DNA of 64,000 nt from Gnetum montanum (Eukaryota; Plantae; Gnetophyta): NCBI GenBank assembly GCA_015680685.1, contig MNCI01002388.1:69671-133670 (forward strand), in the 5' to 3' direction. Positions 62,942-64,000 of the stretch are shown here, piece by piece. Below the pieces are notes generated by a model, which worked only from the letters and a program-made list of their open reading frames with translations, searched no databases and was not told the origin of the DNA. A program made the translations under genes and the position numbers. Numbering within the stretch: the stretch's first letter is position 1; each line of letters starts with the position of its first letter.

Positions 62942-63434
62942 CCTGTGCAACTCGCGTCTCATCATACCCCCATGACTGAATGAAAACTCGTCCTCGAGTT
63001 CTTTACAATAATATCAGGTAGGTATGGGATTATTGAGGGGAATGGAACTAATGGAATGACATGTGAACGGTTCATTATTATAAAACTTGACAAGACTGGT
63101 GTTCATGACAACAAGGGTGAACACCTTATTACAATGACATCAGGCCACACTTGGCAGCTAAGAGAAAAGAGGAGAGAGAATAGAAGAGAAGAAGAGAGAA
63201 GAGTCTTGCTGCTGCCATCGCCTAGATTACGCCTTCCATTGTCCATCCGTAAGCGCATTATCAATTCTACTCCTTGCATAGCTGCTTCAGCGCTGCTCCA
63301 TTCCAAGTGTGTGCTCCAGATCCATTCCGTTGTTGTATGATTGCCATCTGCACACACAACACAATCATATATTAGCAAGGGTAATTGAATCATTAAGTAA
63401 ATACTACCTTGCTTCGGTGTAGGTTCATTGGCTA

Positions 63435-63523
63435 NNNNNNNNNNNNNNNNNNNNNNNNNNNNNNNNNNNNNNNNNNNNNNNNNNNNNNNNNNNNNNNNNN
63501 NNNNNNNNNNNNNNNNNNNNNNN
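63435..63523. other. Assembly gap (89 N)
   Basis: Run of N. Confidence 0.99.
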
Positions 63524-64000
63524 AATGCATCAACCAAAATATACACTAATGATACAACTGGCAATGAGGTGAACAATGGAGAGAAGGATGGAAAAAAGAG
63601 GATGGAATGGAATCCCAAGGACAAGGTGGTGTACAGCCCCTTGTGTGTTTTATGGTTAATATGACTTGGCAAATCTCATTCCAACTCCAGGCTCAAACCA
63701 ACCACTTCCAGTGACTTCGCATCAATGCATTCGGTTAAACCATCCACTTGGATAACGAGGATGCATCATCAAAGAGACACGACCATTCCGACGAAACAAG
63801 GGAGAGAACGGGATGCGAGAAGGGCCTTAGTTAGAGGGAACACTTTGGTTCCATAACCAGTGCTTGCAGCCCAAATTTTATTTCGTCTAAGGGGTGTGCT
63901 TTGAATTCTCACTTTGGTTTTGTTTTTTTTTTCTTTTGTGTTTTGTGTTTTTATGCGTGGGGACCACACCATGCAAAGACTTCTTATTTTTATTGTCTCA

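Larger units (their letters stand above)
62030..64000 (-). mobile_element. Young Athila-like element H (3' LTR 62030-62964 plus internal region), runs off the window
   Basis: The CpG-rich LTR ends CTCATCA, followed by the PPT block TACCCCCATGACTGAATGAAAACTCGTCCTCGAGT. It is inserted ~100 bp into the internal region of G. Confidence 0.87.

Noticed and set aside
63103-63672. 189-aa ORF as an Athila env-like gene
   Set aside because: It spans an 89-N gap, so the frame is unverified, and no recognisable motif is present. The hydrophobic stretches could be low-complexity UTR.

Overview
AT-rich eukaryotic (land-plant) genomic DNA. It contains one host gene: the last eight coding exons of ubiquinone biosynthesis O-methyltransferase COQ3 (+, 8128-16305). 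One of its introns is GC-AG, and the N-terminal exon(s) were not found in the window. Almost everything else is a deeply nested transposon stack, much of which can be reconstructed from target-site duplications (TSDs). (i) An RTE-X-type LINE with an inverted 5' part is split by a deleted Tnt1-like Copia and an unknown 1.66-kb insert. (ii) RTE LINEs with (GAT)n tails are split by a hAT MITE or by RTE-X. (iii) A 29-kb Athila-like element (24462-53580, TSD AATGT/AATGC) splits another RTE-X copy. It hosts a gag-only Athila, a pol-less Sirevirus-like Copia, an L1-ORF1-only element, a tRNA-like repeat pair and two further Athila fragments. (iv) A full-length decayed Copia lies at 54961-60050. (v) Two more Athila LTRs sit at the end: one has captured an antisense RT/RNase H fragment, the other is young and CpG-rich. 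All calls were made by eye. No prokaryotic system, CRISPR array or rRNA was seen.
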